Positions 1-9,658 of a stretch of 64,000 bases of DNA are shown here, in pieces. How positions within the stretch are numbered: the first letter of the stretch is position 1; every line of letters begins with the position of its first letter. The position numbers and the translations under genes were made by a program. The DNA lies in contig CAZHUO010000003.1 in the NCBI GenBank assembly GCA_964535715.1, positions 256 to 64,255 on the forward strand. Direction: 5' to 3'. Under the pieces are notes generated by a model. That model had not been told where the DNA came from and ran no database searches. It was given only the letters and a program-made list of their open reading frames with translations. The DNA comes from an uncultured Gammaproteobacteria bacterium (GTDB lineage: Bacteria; Patescibacteriota; Patescibacteriia; Buchananbacterales; UBA6539).

Positions 1-36
1 GCCGTAAAGCTACACGTCAGGCGCATTGCCATTGAG

Positions 37-906
37 ATGTTGAATCTCTTGATCAACCATGATTTGTTGTTCTGGTTGGTTGGGGTGATCAACAAGAGGA
101 TTGACCTGATCGAATCCGTATTCCTGGTCTATCCGGCGAATGAGAAATATGCGCTGGCGTATGTGTACCCATGTCGTCTACCAAAGGTAAAGTGGAATCC
201 CATCCCCGGCGGACTGTTGTGGCAAAACGGTAAGTTGACCGTAATGTTCATGATCTCCGCCACTAATGGCCAATTCACTGATCCGCAGAATACGGAAAAT
301 CTCCGTCGAATGTCCGATCGAATGGAAAGACTGCGCCGGTTGTTTGGTGCCAGAAGAAAGACATTCGCCGGAATCGTACCCGGAGTTCTGTGTTCAAGGA
401 GAATCATTAGAGAAGCTCCGGAAGCGGATTTAACCGCCCAGGCGGTTCGCCAGGCAATCGATTCGGTGAAAGCCGAAGAGTCACTTGGCGACGAGGTGCC
501 GATCATTGTTCTTGGAGGCAGAGGTTTCATTGGCCGTCGGGTGGTTAAACTGCTTGAAACCTCAAACGTCTTCAGCATTGATTCGTCAGACGGTCAGGGC
601 AGCAAGGATTGGCCAGACCACCTTCACGGACGGCGAGTCATCGTGATCAACATCACTCTCAATAATGCCCTTAAGGATTACCTTGACGTAATCTGGCCGG
701 GTACGGTGGTGATTAACGAGGTCTATCCTGAACCGAACTCGGCTATTCTGGAGAGGCTGAAGAACAACGGCTGCAGTTGCTATCACGTGGTTGGTGTCGG
801 TGCCAACTCCATTCCGTCTTTCCCGGCGGCTTATCATGGAGCGATTCCTTGTTGTGCGGCTTGGCCTTCGCCAGAAATGAAGGTCGTCGTGCGAAGAATC
901 GTTTGA
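37..906 (+). CDS. Hypothetical Rossmann-fold oxidoreductase-like protein (GC-rich; true start may lie upstream)
   Basis: 289-aa ORF with VLGGRGFIG nucleotide-binding motif; visibly higher GC than neighbours; followed by a terminator. Confidence 0.55.
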   Translation: MLNLLINHDLLFWLVGVINKRIDLIESVFLVYPANEKYALAYVYPCRLPKVKWNPIPGGLLWQNGKLTVMFMISATNGQFTDPQNTENLRRMSDRMERLRRLFGARRKTFAGIVPGVLCSRRIIREAPEADLTAQAVRQAIDSVKAEESLGDEVPIIVLGGRGFIGRRVVKLLETSNVFSIDSSDGQGSKDWPDHLHGRRVIVINITLNNALKDYLDVIWPGTVVINEVYPEPNSAILERLKNNGCSCYHVVGVGANSIPSFPAAYHGAIPCCAAWPSPEMKVVVRRIV

Positions 907-942
907 CGGGCGGGTGTCTTTTCGAAGATGCCCGTCTTTTTT
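905..942 (+). terminator. Intrinsic terminator
   Basis: gggtgtctt-ttcg-aagatgccc stem-loop followed by a T-tract right after the stop codon. Confidence 0.75.
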
Positions 943-984
943 ATTAATTTAAAATGTTGTATAATAAGGATATATTAGTAAAAT

Positions 985-3315
985 ATGAGCATACTTTTTG
1001 ATAAAATTAACATTTTATTGCTAATTACCGCTTCATTAAATTTTTTCTTAGGGTTTATTATTTTTTTTAATGGCCGTAACAAAAAGATTAATATTGTTTA
1101 TACTTTAAATATTGTAACAATTATCAGCTGGGTTTTAGGGATGGTTTTATACCGCTCAGCTCCTTTAGAAACAAGCCTATTTTGGTGTACCATTTTATAT
1201 ATTGCACCAACCTTGATTGCCGGCAGTTTCTTATATTTTACTTATATCTTTCCAACAAAAATCGATCAAAATGTTCCCCTGAAGAGTGCCGTGATATTTT
1301 TGATAAATGCAATAATTATAATAATGTTAGCATGGCCTGGGTTGATCATTAAAGCGGTTAACATTAATCCTGGATTTGAAAAAGAAATTATATTTACCAA
1401 AGTTTATTGGTTTTATTTTTTATATATTGCCGGATTTTTTTCTTATGGTTTTCAAAGGCTATTTTTGCGGTATTTAAAGAGTGCCGGGATAGAGCGCCTG
1501 CAAATTCTTTATTTTTTATTGGGATATGCCATAGCTTCCAATTTAGCATTTGTGACTAATTTGATAATGCCATGGATAGGTTATTTCTTTTTGAATTGGC
1601 TCGGTCAAGTATTTACAGTGGCTATGGTTGGATTTACTACATATGCCATTCTTCGTTATCGCCTGATGGATATTCGTATTGTCGCTAGGAAACTTTTTAT
1701 TTATATTGGAATTGCCGGCTTTACTTACGGCATTTTTTATTTTTTGATCTGGGTTTATAACCATGCGTTTGGAAGTGTATTTTCTTCAGCTTCATATATC
1801 ACTGGTTTGGTTGTGGCTCCACTCTTTGTTTTGGCATTTTATAGTTTGGATAGATATTTAAAGATTTTTGCAAACAAATATCTTTTTGTTTCTCTGTATA
1901 ATTATCAAGATACTATAAGTAAACTAACCAACAAACTGAATTATTATATTGATCTTAATGAAATTATAGACTTGATTGTTGATACTATCAAAAAAACAAT
2001 GCAATTAGATCGTGCTGGTGTTTTATTGGTTAATTCACAAACAAATCCGACTAAATATCAAATTGCCAAAGTGATTGGTTTTAATCGTCAAAACGGTATT
2101 TCATTGGTTCAAGATAATTTTCTTACAAAGTATTTGTCCAAAACACAGAAACTATTGGTTAGAGATGAACTTAATTTTTTAGCTAGAAATTTTAAAACCA
2201 TTGAGGAAAAACAAAATTTTGAGAAACTGTATGATCATATGAAGCATATTGAAGCGTCTATATGCCTACCCTTAATGAGCAATAAGAAATTGATTGGCAT
2301 TATCGTCTTAGGGTCAAAAGTATCAGGTGATGCCTACAGCAAGGAAGATTTGGAATTACTAAATACACTTGCCAATCAGGCCGGTATTGCCGTTGACAAT
2401 GCCAGACTTTACAAAGAGGTTCAGGATTTCAGTAAAACTTTAAAGCAAAAAGTTAATGAGCAGACCAAAGAAATTAAAACCCAAAGCAAAGATATTGAGG
2501 AAAAAAACAATTACCTTCAGGAATTACTTAACATGAAAACCGATTTTTTGCGGGTAGTAAACCATCAATTAAATACGCCTTTGGCGGTAATGAAAGGTTA
2601 TTTTTCCATGATGGAAGAAGGATCGTATCCGAAAGAAAAAGCGATGAAATCGGTCAAAGGCGGGTTGGAAAGAATCAGTTCAACGGTGTCCGACTTCTGG
2701 GATGCCTATGAGCTTGAAGGCGAAAGAATGAATATGGAGCCGCAAAAAACCGATATCACCGAAATCGTCAACCATTTGATTCCGGAAAAGCAGAAGCTGC
2801 AGTTGGCTCAGGAAAGAAATTTGGAAGTATCGGTTAAAAAGCCGGATTTTTCCGCCAGAGGCGGATCCGCCTTTGGCGGAAAAATACCCATTGTTTGGTG
2901 CGACTACAAAAAAACCGCTCATGTGATTTCCAACCTTTTGGATAATGCCGTTTATTATACCCGCAAAGGTTCGGTTACTCTTTCATATGAAATGGCAGGT
3001 AAAGATTATTTGAAAATTAATATCAAAGACACCGGAGTGGGCATATCAGAAGAAGGCAAAAAAAAGCTTTTTCAGAAATTCTCCCGCGGGCAAAACGCCA
3101 CCGATCTTCGGCCTGACGGTTCTGGACTTGGACTTTTTATTGCCAAAAAAATCGTAGAGGGAAACAACGGGGAAATATCTTGTTTCAGCGAAGGCATAAA
3201 TAAGGGTTCAACTTTCAGCTTTACATTACCCGTTTATAAAAATCAACAATCAATCGCAGGACAGGAAAAGCCGGTTACCAGAGAAAAAAAGATTGTCATA
3301 TTTGACCAAGATTAA
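985..3315 (+). CDS. Sensor histidine kinase (N-terminal multi-TM/7TM region, GAF, HisKA, HATPase)
   Basis: Multiple TM helices; GAF-like LPL..LIGIIVLG..LANQAGIAVDNARLY; H-box VNHQLNTPL; N-box NLLDNAVYY; G-boxes DTGVGI and GSGLGL. Confidence 0.9.
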   Translation: MSILFDKINILLLITASLNFFLGFIIFFNGRNKKINIVYTLNIVTIISWVLGMVLYRSAPLETSLFWCTILYIAPTLIAGSFLYFTYIFPTKIDQNVPLKSAVIFLINAIIIIMLAWPGLIIKAVNINPGFEKEIIFTKVYWFYFLYIAGFFSYGFQRLFLRYLKSAGIERLQILYFLLGYAIASNLAFVTNLIMPWIGYFFLNWLGQVFTVAMVGFTTYAILRYRLMDIRIVARKLFIYIGIAGFTYGIFYFLIWVYNHAFGSVFSSASYITGLVVAPLFVLAFYSLDRYLKIFANKYLFVSLYNYQDTISKLTNKLNYYIDLNEIIDLIVDTIKKTMQLDRAGVLLVNSQTNPTKYQIAKVIGFNRQNGISLVQDNFLTKYLSKTQKLLVRDELNFLARNFKTIEEKQNFEKLYDHMKHIEASICLPLMSNKKLIGIIVLGSKVSGDAYSKEDLELLNTLANQAGIAVDNARLYKEVQDFSKTLKQKVNEQTKEIKTQSKDIEEKNNYLQELLNMKTDFLRVVNHQLNTPLAVMKGYFSMMEEGSYPKEKAMKSVKGGLERISSTVSDFWDAYELEGERMNMEPQKTDITEIVNHLIPEKQKLQLAQERNLEVSVKKPDFSARGGSAFGGKIPIVWCDYKKTAHVISNLLDNAVYYTRKGSVTLSYEMAGKDYLKINIKDTGVGISEEGKKKLFQKFSRGQNATDLRPDGSGLGLFIAKKIVEGNNGEISCFSEGINKGSTFSFTLPVYKNQQSIAGQEKPVTREKKIVIFDQD
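2846..2885. repeat. 40-bp near-perfect palindrome inserted in frame in the kinase (encodes SARGGSAFGG)
   Basis: atttttccgccagaggcgga|tccgcctttggcggaaaaat, one mismatch, centred on GGATCC. Confidence 0.85.
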
Positions 3316-3334
3316 TTAATTTCTAAATAAATAT

Positions 3335-3778
3335 ATGAAACCCACTAACATAATGAAATCAGACAAAGGCCGGATCCTTTTGGTTGAAGACGAACAGGGC
3401 TTGGTTGATATTTACCATGATTTTTTACTGAACAACGGCTATGATTTTTTATCTACCAAAAATATTGAAGAAGCTTTGATGCTAACCGAGTTTGAACAGC
3501 CAGATTTGGTTTTGCTTGATATCATTATCCCCAAGCCGGAAAACACGATTGCCGAACAGGGCTGGGAATACTTGGAGGCGGTAAAAAAGAATCCTAAGAC
3601 CAAGGACATTCCAATTGTAATTTTCACCAATCTTGATACCCACCGAGACAGGGTAAGAAGCCAAGAAATGGGCGCAGTGGCTTATATTTTCAAAAGAGAC
3701 TGTACGCCAAGAGAAGTGATGGAGGCAATTGACAAAATAATTAAAAAGGATACAGAGAATAAAAAGAAGAAAAAGTAG
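3335..3778 (+). CDS. Single-domain response regulator (receiver)
   Basis: ILLVED, PDLVLLDIIIP, IPIVIFTN, AYIFK motifs; directly after the kinase. Confidence 0.9.
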   Translation: MKPTNIMKSDKGRILLVEDEQGLVDIYHDFLLNNGYDFLSTKNIEEALMLTEFEQPDLVLLDIIIPKPENTIAEQGWEYLEAVKKNPKTKDIPIVIFTNLDTHRDRVRSQEMGAVAYIFKRDCTPREVMEAIDKIIKKDTENKKKKK

Positions 3779-3867
3779 TTTGACGGTACAGTCTATTTTT
3801 ATTAAAATAAAAGCACAATTAACAAATCAACACAGCGCGCCATTTTTTGCGCGTTTTATTTTAACAA

Positions 3868-3896
3868 TTGACGGTTCGAGGAATAAAGAGTATATT
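3868..3896 (+). promoter_or_regulatory. Putative sigma70 promoter of the glycosyl/nucleotide cluster
   Basis: TTGACG-N17-TATATT about 60 bp upstream of the 3959 ATG. Confidence 0.5.
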
Positions 3897-3958
3897 AATA
3901 TGATGCTTTTTCCTGGTTTATTTTCTAGTATAATTGATTTAATTTTTAATAATTTACA

Positions 3959-5191
3959 ATGACTCAAGTGAATAAAAAAGGTAATGTTTTAATGGGTGCT
4001 CAATTTTGGGCGTACGGCCCGGCTGGCAAAGCGAATGCCATCGCCCATGAATTAAAAAATTTAGGCATCAGAGTGGATTTTGTTGGTGCCGAAACATCAT
4101 ACCAGCTGTGTAAAGCCTCTGGCCATTTTAATAATTTATATAATTTTAATTCCGGTCCACGTTTGGATAAATTCCCCAATTATCAAGTTGTTGTTTCGGT
4201 TATGGATCCATATCTTGCCTTATGGGCTTACAAGAGGAAACTTCCATTAATTTATGCAGATAGTATGTCATGGTTTTGGCGCTGGAAAGATATAAATTCT
4301 ACTTCTGTTAAAAATTTTTTAGTTCATGTTGAAGATATTGGTTTCAACGAGGGTTGTAAAATATTAGATGAGTTTCAGCCAGATCAACGTCAGCTTTTTG
4401 CCCATTTGATCTCTGATAAGATTTTGGGGCAAGGCAATCCTCAGGTCGTAAGTGAAACGAAAGATAAGGCTTCAAACGCTGGTTCAATGATTGATTTAAA
4501 CTATATTAAGAAGACAAACAGAGATACTTTGTTAATTTCTTTAAGTGGTGGCATCTCGCCAGCCACTGACCTTGAAGCGGCTTTGAAGTATACAAAATTA
4601 ATTATAGATTTATTAGAGAATAGACTTGAAAAGTGGCCTGGTGCTAAACGCTTTGTTATAACTGGTCATCCTTTAGTAATTTCTAAATTCAAAAATTATC
4701 CAAAGATTCTAAAACCGACGGCTCTTTCCCAACCTGATTTTTTGAAAGAATTAAATCGGGCAGTGGCCGTGTTAGTGCCATGCGGATTTACAACCATTTA
4801 CGAATCTTTAGCTTATGGTGCGCCCGTTGCTTTTCTGCCCGAGAATCATAATGGTCATGTTTATGAATATTTAACCATTACTAAGGGTATAGATGATCTA
4901 GGTAAAAAAGAAAAAGTTTTTCCGCATGCGTTATTTTGCATTAAGGACGCTGATTTAAATAAGATTAAACCGATTGAGGAATCAATGGATCTGATAAAGA
5001 ATTATACTAATCAATATTTTAATTCAGCTGATTTTAAAAATTATTATTTGAATAAAGTTGACTGGTGGCTTGATTATTTTAAAAATGCCAGGACGATTTA
5101 TGCCAATCAGAGAAAACAGATTTTGACAACCATCCCCGACTTTCGAGGAGCGGTTAGGGTAGCAAAGGCCGCTGCTAAAATTATTAAATAG
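3959..5191 (+). CDS. GT-B glycosyltransferase resembling cytosylglucuronate (CGA) synthase-related proteins
   Basis: N-terminal FWAYGPAGKA, VVSVMDP..A...LPLIYADSMSWFW, and PCGFTTIYESLAYGAPVAFLP, recalling the CGA-synthase family motif layout. Confidence 0.55.
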   Translation: MTQVNKKGNVLMGAQFWAYGPAGKANAIAHELKNLGIRVDFVGAETSYQLCKASGHFNNLYNFNSGPRLDKFPNYQVVVSVMDPYLALWAYKRKLPLIYADSMSWFWRWKDINSTSVKNFLVHVEDIGFNEGCKILDEFQPDQRQLFAHLISDKILGQGNPQVVSETKDKASNAGSMIDLNYIKKTNRDTLLISLSGGISPATDLEAALKYTKLIIDLLENRLEKWPGAKRFVITGHPLVISKFKNYPKILKPTALSQPDFLKELNRAVAVLVPCGFTTIYESLAYGAPVAFLPENHNGHVYEYLTITKGIDDLGKKEKVFPHALFCIKDADLNKIKPIEESMDLIKNYTNQYFNSADFKNYYLNKVDWWLDYFKNARTIYANQRKQILTTIPDFRGAVRVAKAAAKIIK

Positions 5192-5192
5192 T

Positions 5193-6152
5193 ATGAAAAA
5201 AATATTATATTTAGGTACATCCCAGTTTTCCGAAATGATGAACACCGAAAGGTGGCAGCTTACTAACGGAATGATTAAGACCGAAAGCTTTATCTTTTTT
5301 GATCTAAAACAACGTCAAGAAAAAAATATAGATTTATACAAATTATGGGTCAAAAATAATAGACCCAGTTTTATTATACTGGAAGATTACGATTGGGCTC
5401 ATAAATTAGATTTGCCACTTGAATATATTAACGCGGACAAGGTTCCCGTTCCTGTTTTGGGTTTTATTGCAGATTATTGGTATGATCCGAAAGAGAAGCT
5501 GGAATATTATGTTAAAAATAATATTAAGGGTTTGATTGCGATTCACGAAGCAGCAAATCAGTATATCAATGAAAATTTTGGTCAACAGATCAAAAAGATA
5601 TTTAATATACCATTTTCCATTGATGGAAATGAATTTTCGGATAAACCCAGGCAAAAAGAATATGATATTTTATGTTCTGGCTTTATGGGAGATTTATATC
5701 CATTGCGCCAGAGAATCCGAGACATCTTAAAGCAGAATTCAAAAATTAATACTTATTTTTTAGAACATCCCGGTTACTGGAAAAAAAATGAGAAAGTTGG
5801 CTTACGGGGCAAGGATTATTATGCGGTTATGGAAAAGGCAAAGTTCGTCATCTCAAGTACTGGAATCTATAATATCAGCGCTAGAAAACATATAGAAATA
5901 GTAGCTTCTCGGGCAAAAATACTAGGTAATATTACAGGATTTGACGAGCATAAGATTTTTGAAAGTTTTACTTTGCCGCTGGATCGTAAAATGACCGACG
6001 AGCAAATTAACAGCTTAATTGAGGAGGGGGTTAAAAATTGGGGTTGGTCAAGTGAGAATGAGAAAAATAGGCAATTAGTTTTAAATATGCATGATCCTGC
6101 CCTTATAGCAAAATCTCTCACAGATAAATTAGAACAAGATGGTAATGTATGA
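5193..6152 (+). CDS. Glycosyltransferase (CgeB/YkvP-like, Glyco_trans_1_2)
   Basis: YDILCSG..YPLRQRI, HPGY, GKDYYAVMEKAKFVIS, RKHIEIVAS motifs. Confidence 0.6.
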   Translation: MKKILYLGTSQFSEMMNTERWQLTNGMIKTESFIFFDLKQRQEKNIDLYKLWVKNNRPSFIILEDYDWAHKLDLPLEYINADKVPVPVLGFIADYWYDPKEKLEYYVKNNIKGLIAIHEAANQYINENFGQQIKKIFNIPFSIDGNEFSDKPRQKEYDILCSGFMGDLYPLRQRIRDILKQNSKINTYFLEHPGYWKKNEKVGLRGKDYYAVMEKAKFVISSTGIYNISARKHIEIVASRAKILGNITGFDEHKIFESFTLPLDRKMTDEQINSLIEEGVKNWGWSSENEKNRQLVLNMHDPALIAKSLTDKLEQDGNV

Positions 6153-7798
6153 ATAAGCCAGATTTGAAAAAAATTAATGTTGTCATACTGGCTGCTGGTA
6201 AAGGAACCCGGATAAAAAAAGTAGCTTCTGGTACTCCAAAAGCTTTGCTTGAAATCGCCGGCATCCCAGCATTGGTTTTAATAATGAGAAGATTAATAAA
6301 GCAGGGGTTCAGGACATTTACCCTGGTTGTTAATAAGGATAATAAAAAGCAGATCGAAGATGTTGTTAAAAATGCTTTTGCCGGTGTCAACCTTAATTTG
6401 GAAGCCATCATTCAGCCTCAGTCTAAAGGCCCGGCTCACGCTTTTTTCTATGGCCTTAAAAAAGTTAATTTGGATAATGACACGTTGCTTTGCTTGTCGG
6501 ATACATTATTTGATGAAGATTTACCGGTTGGCTATGATTGGGTCGGTACCTCTTTGGCAAAAGGTGTCGGTAAATGGTGCTGGGTAGAAACAACAAATAA
6601 AAAAGTTATTAATTTTTTTGACAAAATCCAACCGCCAAAGCACGTTGAAGAGGTTTTGATTGGCTTGTATTATTTTAATAATTCAAAGTTTGTTTATGAT
6701 GAATTAGCTAAAATTATTAGAAGCAATTCTAAACGAGCCGAGGGGGAGTTTCAGCTTAGCCAGATACTCGATCTTTATAAAAGTAAGCATAATATAAAAT
6801 CTTTTATAGTTAATAGTTGGATTGATTGTGGAACCGAAGAAAATTATTTTAATGCACAAAAAATATATACGAATCATCGTCATTTTAACTCAATCATTAT
6901 CAAAAACGGCAATTCTAATTGTTGCATCGTCAAAAAAGGCAATCAAAATAAAATACAAAATGAAATAGATTGGTTCAATTTGGCTGTTAAGCAGAATAGA
7001 TTAATGGTTCCTAAGATTAGGAAGAACAGCAAGAATTCTTACAAAATGAATTTTATTAATGATCCTCTTTTATCATCTCTGTATTTATATAATCCAATTA
7101 ATATTAATGACTTTTTAAAGATAATAAGGAAGTTATACAGTTTCGCCGTTAAATATCTTTGGCGTGACGGTAAAAAATATAAAGATATTAATATAAAAAA
7201 TGATTGTCAGTTGATGTACGAGAATAAGCCGTTTGAGAGATTAATGGATTGGGAGATGTGGAGGACTTTTAAATCCATTCGGGCGATTAAAATTAATGGT
7301 AAGAATTATAGTAAACTTTATGATTTGTTGTCTAAAGCCTTGAAATTGTCCTCATTAAACAATCATAAGCCCGTGAAGAGCTTGATTCATGGTGATTTTC
7401 ATTTTGGCAATATTTTTTACAACAAAAGAAAACAATCTTTTGTATTCATTGATCCACGCGGTAGATTTGGAAATTCCAGCGGCATGGTAGGCGATATTTA
7501 TTATGATTTAGCCAAGTTGCGCCATTCATATCACGGAATGTATGATGCGATAGTTGAGGGGCTTTATGTTTTAGATAGAAAGTCAAAAGGTAATTTTGTT
7601 TTTAAAGTCGGTCCTGTCCGTAGCCAATATATAAAAAAGATTGATCAATTTATTTCGTCTTCGGGGTTTGATATCAGTGTGGTTAAATCTATAGAATTAG
7701 GAATTTTATTAAGCCTTATTCCATTTCATCAGGAGTCCCAAAATAATCAATTGGCATTTTTTCTGCAAGCAGTTATGTTGGCTCAAGAATTAGTTTAA
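6149..7798 (+). CDS. Nucleotidyltransferase / APH-choline-kinase-like phosphotransferase fusion
   Basis: N-terminal ILAAGKGTR..PKALL and WIDCGT; C-terminal IHGDFHFGNI, FIDPRG, YYDLAKLRHS. Confidence 0.8.
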   Translation: MNKPDLKKINVVILAAGKGTRIKKVASGTPKALLEIAGIPALVLIMRRLIKQGFRTFTLVVNKDNKKQIEDVVKNAFAGVNLNLEAIIQPQSKGPAHAFFYGLKKVNLDNDTLLCLSDTLFDEDLPVGYDWVGTSLAKGVGKWCWVETTNKKVINFFDKIQPPKHVEEVLIGLYYFNNSKFVYDELAKIIRSNSKRAEGEFQLSQILDLYKSKHNIKSFIVNSWIDCGTEENYFNAQKIYTNHRHFNSIIIKNGNSNCCIVKKGNQNKIQNEIDWFNLAVKQNRLMVPKIRKNSKNSYKMNFINDPLLSSLYLYNPININDFLKIIRKLYSFAVKYLWRDGKKYKDINIKNDCQLMYENKPFERLMDWEMWRTFKSIRAIKINGKNYSKLYDLLSKALKLSSLNNHKPVKSLIHGDFHFGNIFYNKRKQSFVFIDPRGRFGNSSGMVGDIYYDLAKLRHSYHGMYDAIVEGLYVLDRKSKGNFVFKVGPVRSQYIKKIDQFISSSGFDISVVKSIELGILLSLIPFHQESQNNQLAFFLQAVMLAQELV

Positions 7799-7805
7799 TA
7801 ATAAA

Positions 7806-8537
7806 ATGAAAAAAGGGGTAACAATTATTTCATCAACCGCACAAGATATTTTTGTTGATTCAGAAAATAAGGTTGTAAAAAAGAAAAAAGGCGGGCCAGG
7901 TTACTTTATCAGGCAAGCATTGGAAGACAGAAAGGTTCCTTTTAATAATATCAATAAGTGGGACACTAAGATAGAATTATATTTGACCAAGTCCGGAAAA
8001 CCAAACAATAAATTATTTAAGGGTAAGGTTGTAGGAGTAGTGCCTAAATTTAATTTGCCAATAAAACAGATGACGGAATATAGTATTGTTTCAACTATCG
8101 CTAATGAATGGAAATTAAGGGAAATAAAAAATTATAAAGGTAAGTTGTTTCTAGATATCCAGGGTTATGTTCGAGATCCGAAGAAATTTTCAGTTAAAAA
8201 ACAATGGCCTCAAATTTCTTCTTTGGTAGAATATATTTATTGTCTTAAGGGTACAAACCAAGAGGTTAAACTTTTACCTAAAAGTGTTATCAATATTGCT
8301 AAGAAAAAATTATTGATAATAACCGACGGTTCAAATAAAGTAAAGGTGTTCCATGATAATAAGAAGTTTGAATTCAGCATTGTTAAAGTGAACAACCTTT
8401 TCGATTACATTGGTGCGGGTGATACTTTTTTCGGCCATTTTGTTGCCGGCTTATACAAAGGATTTACTATGAATAATTCGGCTAAAATTGCCATTAATAA
8501 GACTAGAATTTTTTTAGAAAATAAATTAACTATTTAA
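7806..8537 (+). CDS. PfkB-family carbohydrate/nucleoside kinase
   Basis: GGPG near N-terminus, LDIQG, ITDGS, DYIGAGDTF signature. Confidence 0.8.
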   Translation: MKKGVTIISSTAQDIFVDSENKVVKKKKGGPGYFIRQALEDRKVPFNNINKWDTKIELYLTKSGKPNNKLFKGKVVGVVPKFNLPIKQMTEYSIVSTIANEWKLREIKNYKGKLFLDIQGYVRDPKKFSVKKQWPQISSLVEYIYCLKGTNQEVKLLPKSVINIAKKKLLIITDGSNKVKVFHDNKKFEFSIVKVNNLFDYIGAGDTFFGHFVAGLYKGFTMNNSAKIAINKTRIFLENKLTI

Positions 8538-8549
8538 TTATCAAAAACT

Positions 8550-9203
8550 ATGAAACCATGGCAAGAAAATAGAAAAGAAACTAAGAAATTTTTTCAAAAA
8601 AAACAAAAAGAAGGTTTGTCATTAGGATCATCTCCCTGGACTACGCTAGCAGTTGGTAAGGAATTGCAACAATTAGTAATTGATGGCGTTATCAAGGAGG
8701 GAATGGTCGCTATGGACGTGGGCTGCGGAATTGGCGTAGAGGCAATGTATCTAGCCAAGCAGGGATTAAAAGTTACTGGTCTCGATTTTATACCCAAGAC
8801 TATTGAAACAGCCAAAGAAATGGCTAAGTTAGCTGAAGCGGATGTTGATTTAATCTCTGATGATTTTATCGATATGGATTTAAAAGAATACGAAGGCAAA
8901 TTTGATTTAGTTATTGATCAGGGTTGTTTTCACCATATTCCGGTAGAGGAAAGAATTAACTATGCTGAAAGAGTTTATTCTTTGTTGTCAGATGACGGGA
9001 TATTTTTTTTGCGGGGATTTTCTGATGAGATGTTGCCTTCACCAACTGGCGATGGCCCGATTAGACTGACTTCAGATGCTATTATTCATAGTTTTTATAA
9101 GTTGTTCTTTATTGAGAAACTTTATCGGTTTAGAAATATACCTTTGCCTAATGTGAATAAACCTCAAATTTTTTGGGCTTTTTTAGGTAAGAAGAGGTGT
9201 TAA
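8550..9203 (+). CDS. Class I SAM-dependent methyltransferase
   Basis: MDVGCGIG, VTGLDF, FDLVIDQGCFHHI. Confidence 0.85.
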   Translation: MKPWQENRKETKKFFQKKQKEGLSLGSSPWTTLAVGKELQQLVIDGVIKEGMVAMDVGCGIGVEAMYLAKQGLKVTGLDFIPKTIETAKEMAKLAEADVDLISDDFIDMDLKEYEGKFDLVIDQGCFHHIPVEERINYAERVYSLLSDDGIFFLRGFSDEMLPSPTGDGPIRLTSDAIIHSFYKLFFIEKLYRFRNIPLPNVNKPQIFWAFLGKKRC

Positions 9204-9211
9204 AATATTTT

Positions 9212-9658
9212 ATGCCAAAATCAAAGACTATAAAAACAAGATCAGGAAAAATTGTTCACTATTCAGTAGGAGCATTAATTAGAAAAAACGGCAAGTATCT
9301 TCTTGTTGATCGAAAAAAACCTCCGTTTGGCTTTGCTGGTATTGCCGGTCATATCGAAGTTAATGAAGATAAGGATATAGCCTTAAAACGTGAAGTAAAG
9401 GAGGAGAGTGGCTTGGATGTAAAAAAATTTAAACTACTTTTTAAAGAGAAGATTGATTGGAATTCGTGTAGTAAGGGTGTAAACAGTCACTTTTGGTATC
9501 TTTATAAATGTGAGGTCGTGGGCAAAGTAAAAGAGAATAAAATGGAGGTTAAATCTATTGGGTGGTATTCAATAAAAGATATTCAAAAATTAAAACTGGA
9601 GAAAGTCTGGGAATATTGGTTTAGGAAAATCAATGTTATAAAAATTAATTATGAATAA
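9212..9658 (+). CDS. NUDIX hydrolase
   Basis: Nudix box AGHIEVNEDKDIALKREVKEESGL; ATG at 9212 chosen over the upstream alternative start. Confidence 0.85.
   Translation: MPKSKTIKTRSGKIVHYSVGALIRKNGKYLLVDRKKPPFGFAGIAGHIEVNEDKDIALKREVKEESGLDVKKFKLLFKEKIDWNSCSKGVNSHFWYLYKCEVVGKVKENKMEVKSIGWYSIKDIQKLKLEKVWEYWFRKINVIKINYE

Noticed and set aside
3780-3962. 60-aa ORF
   Set aside because: TTG start, spans the promoter region, no recognisable features
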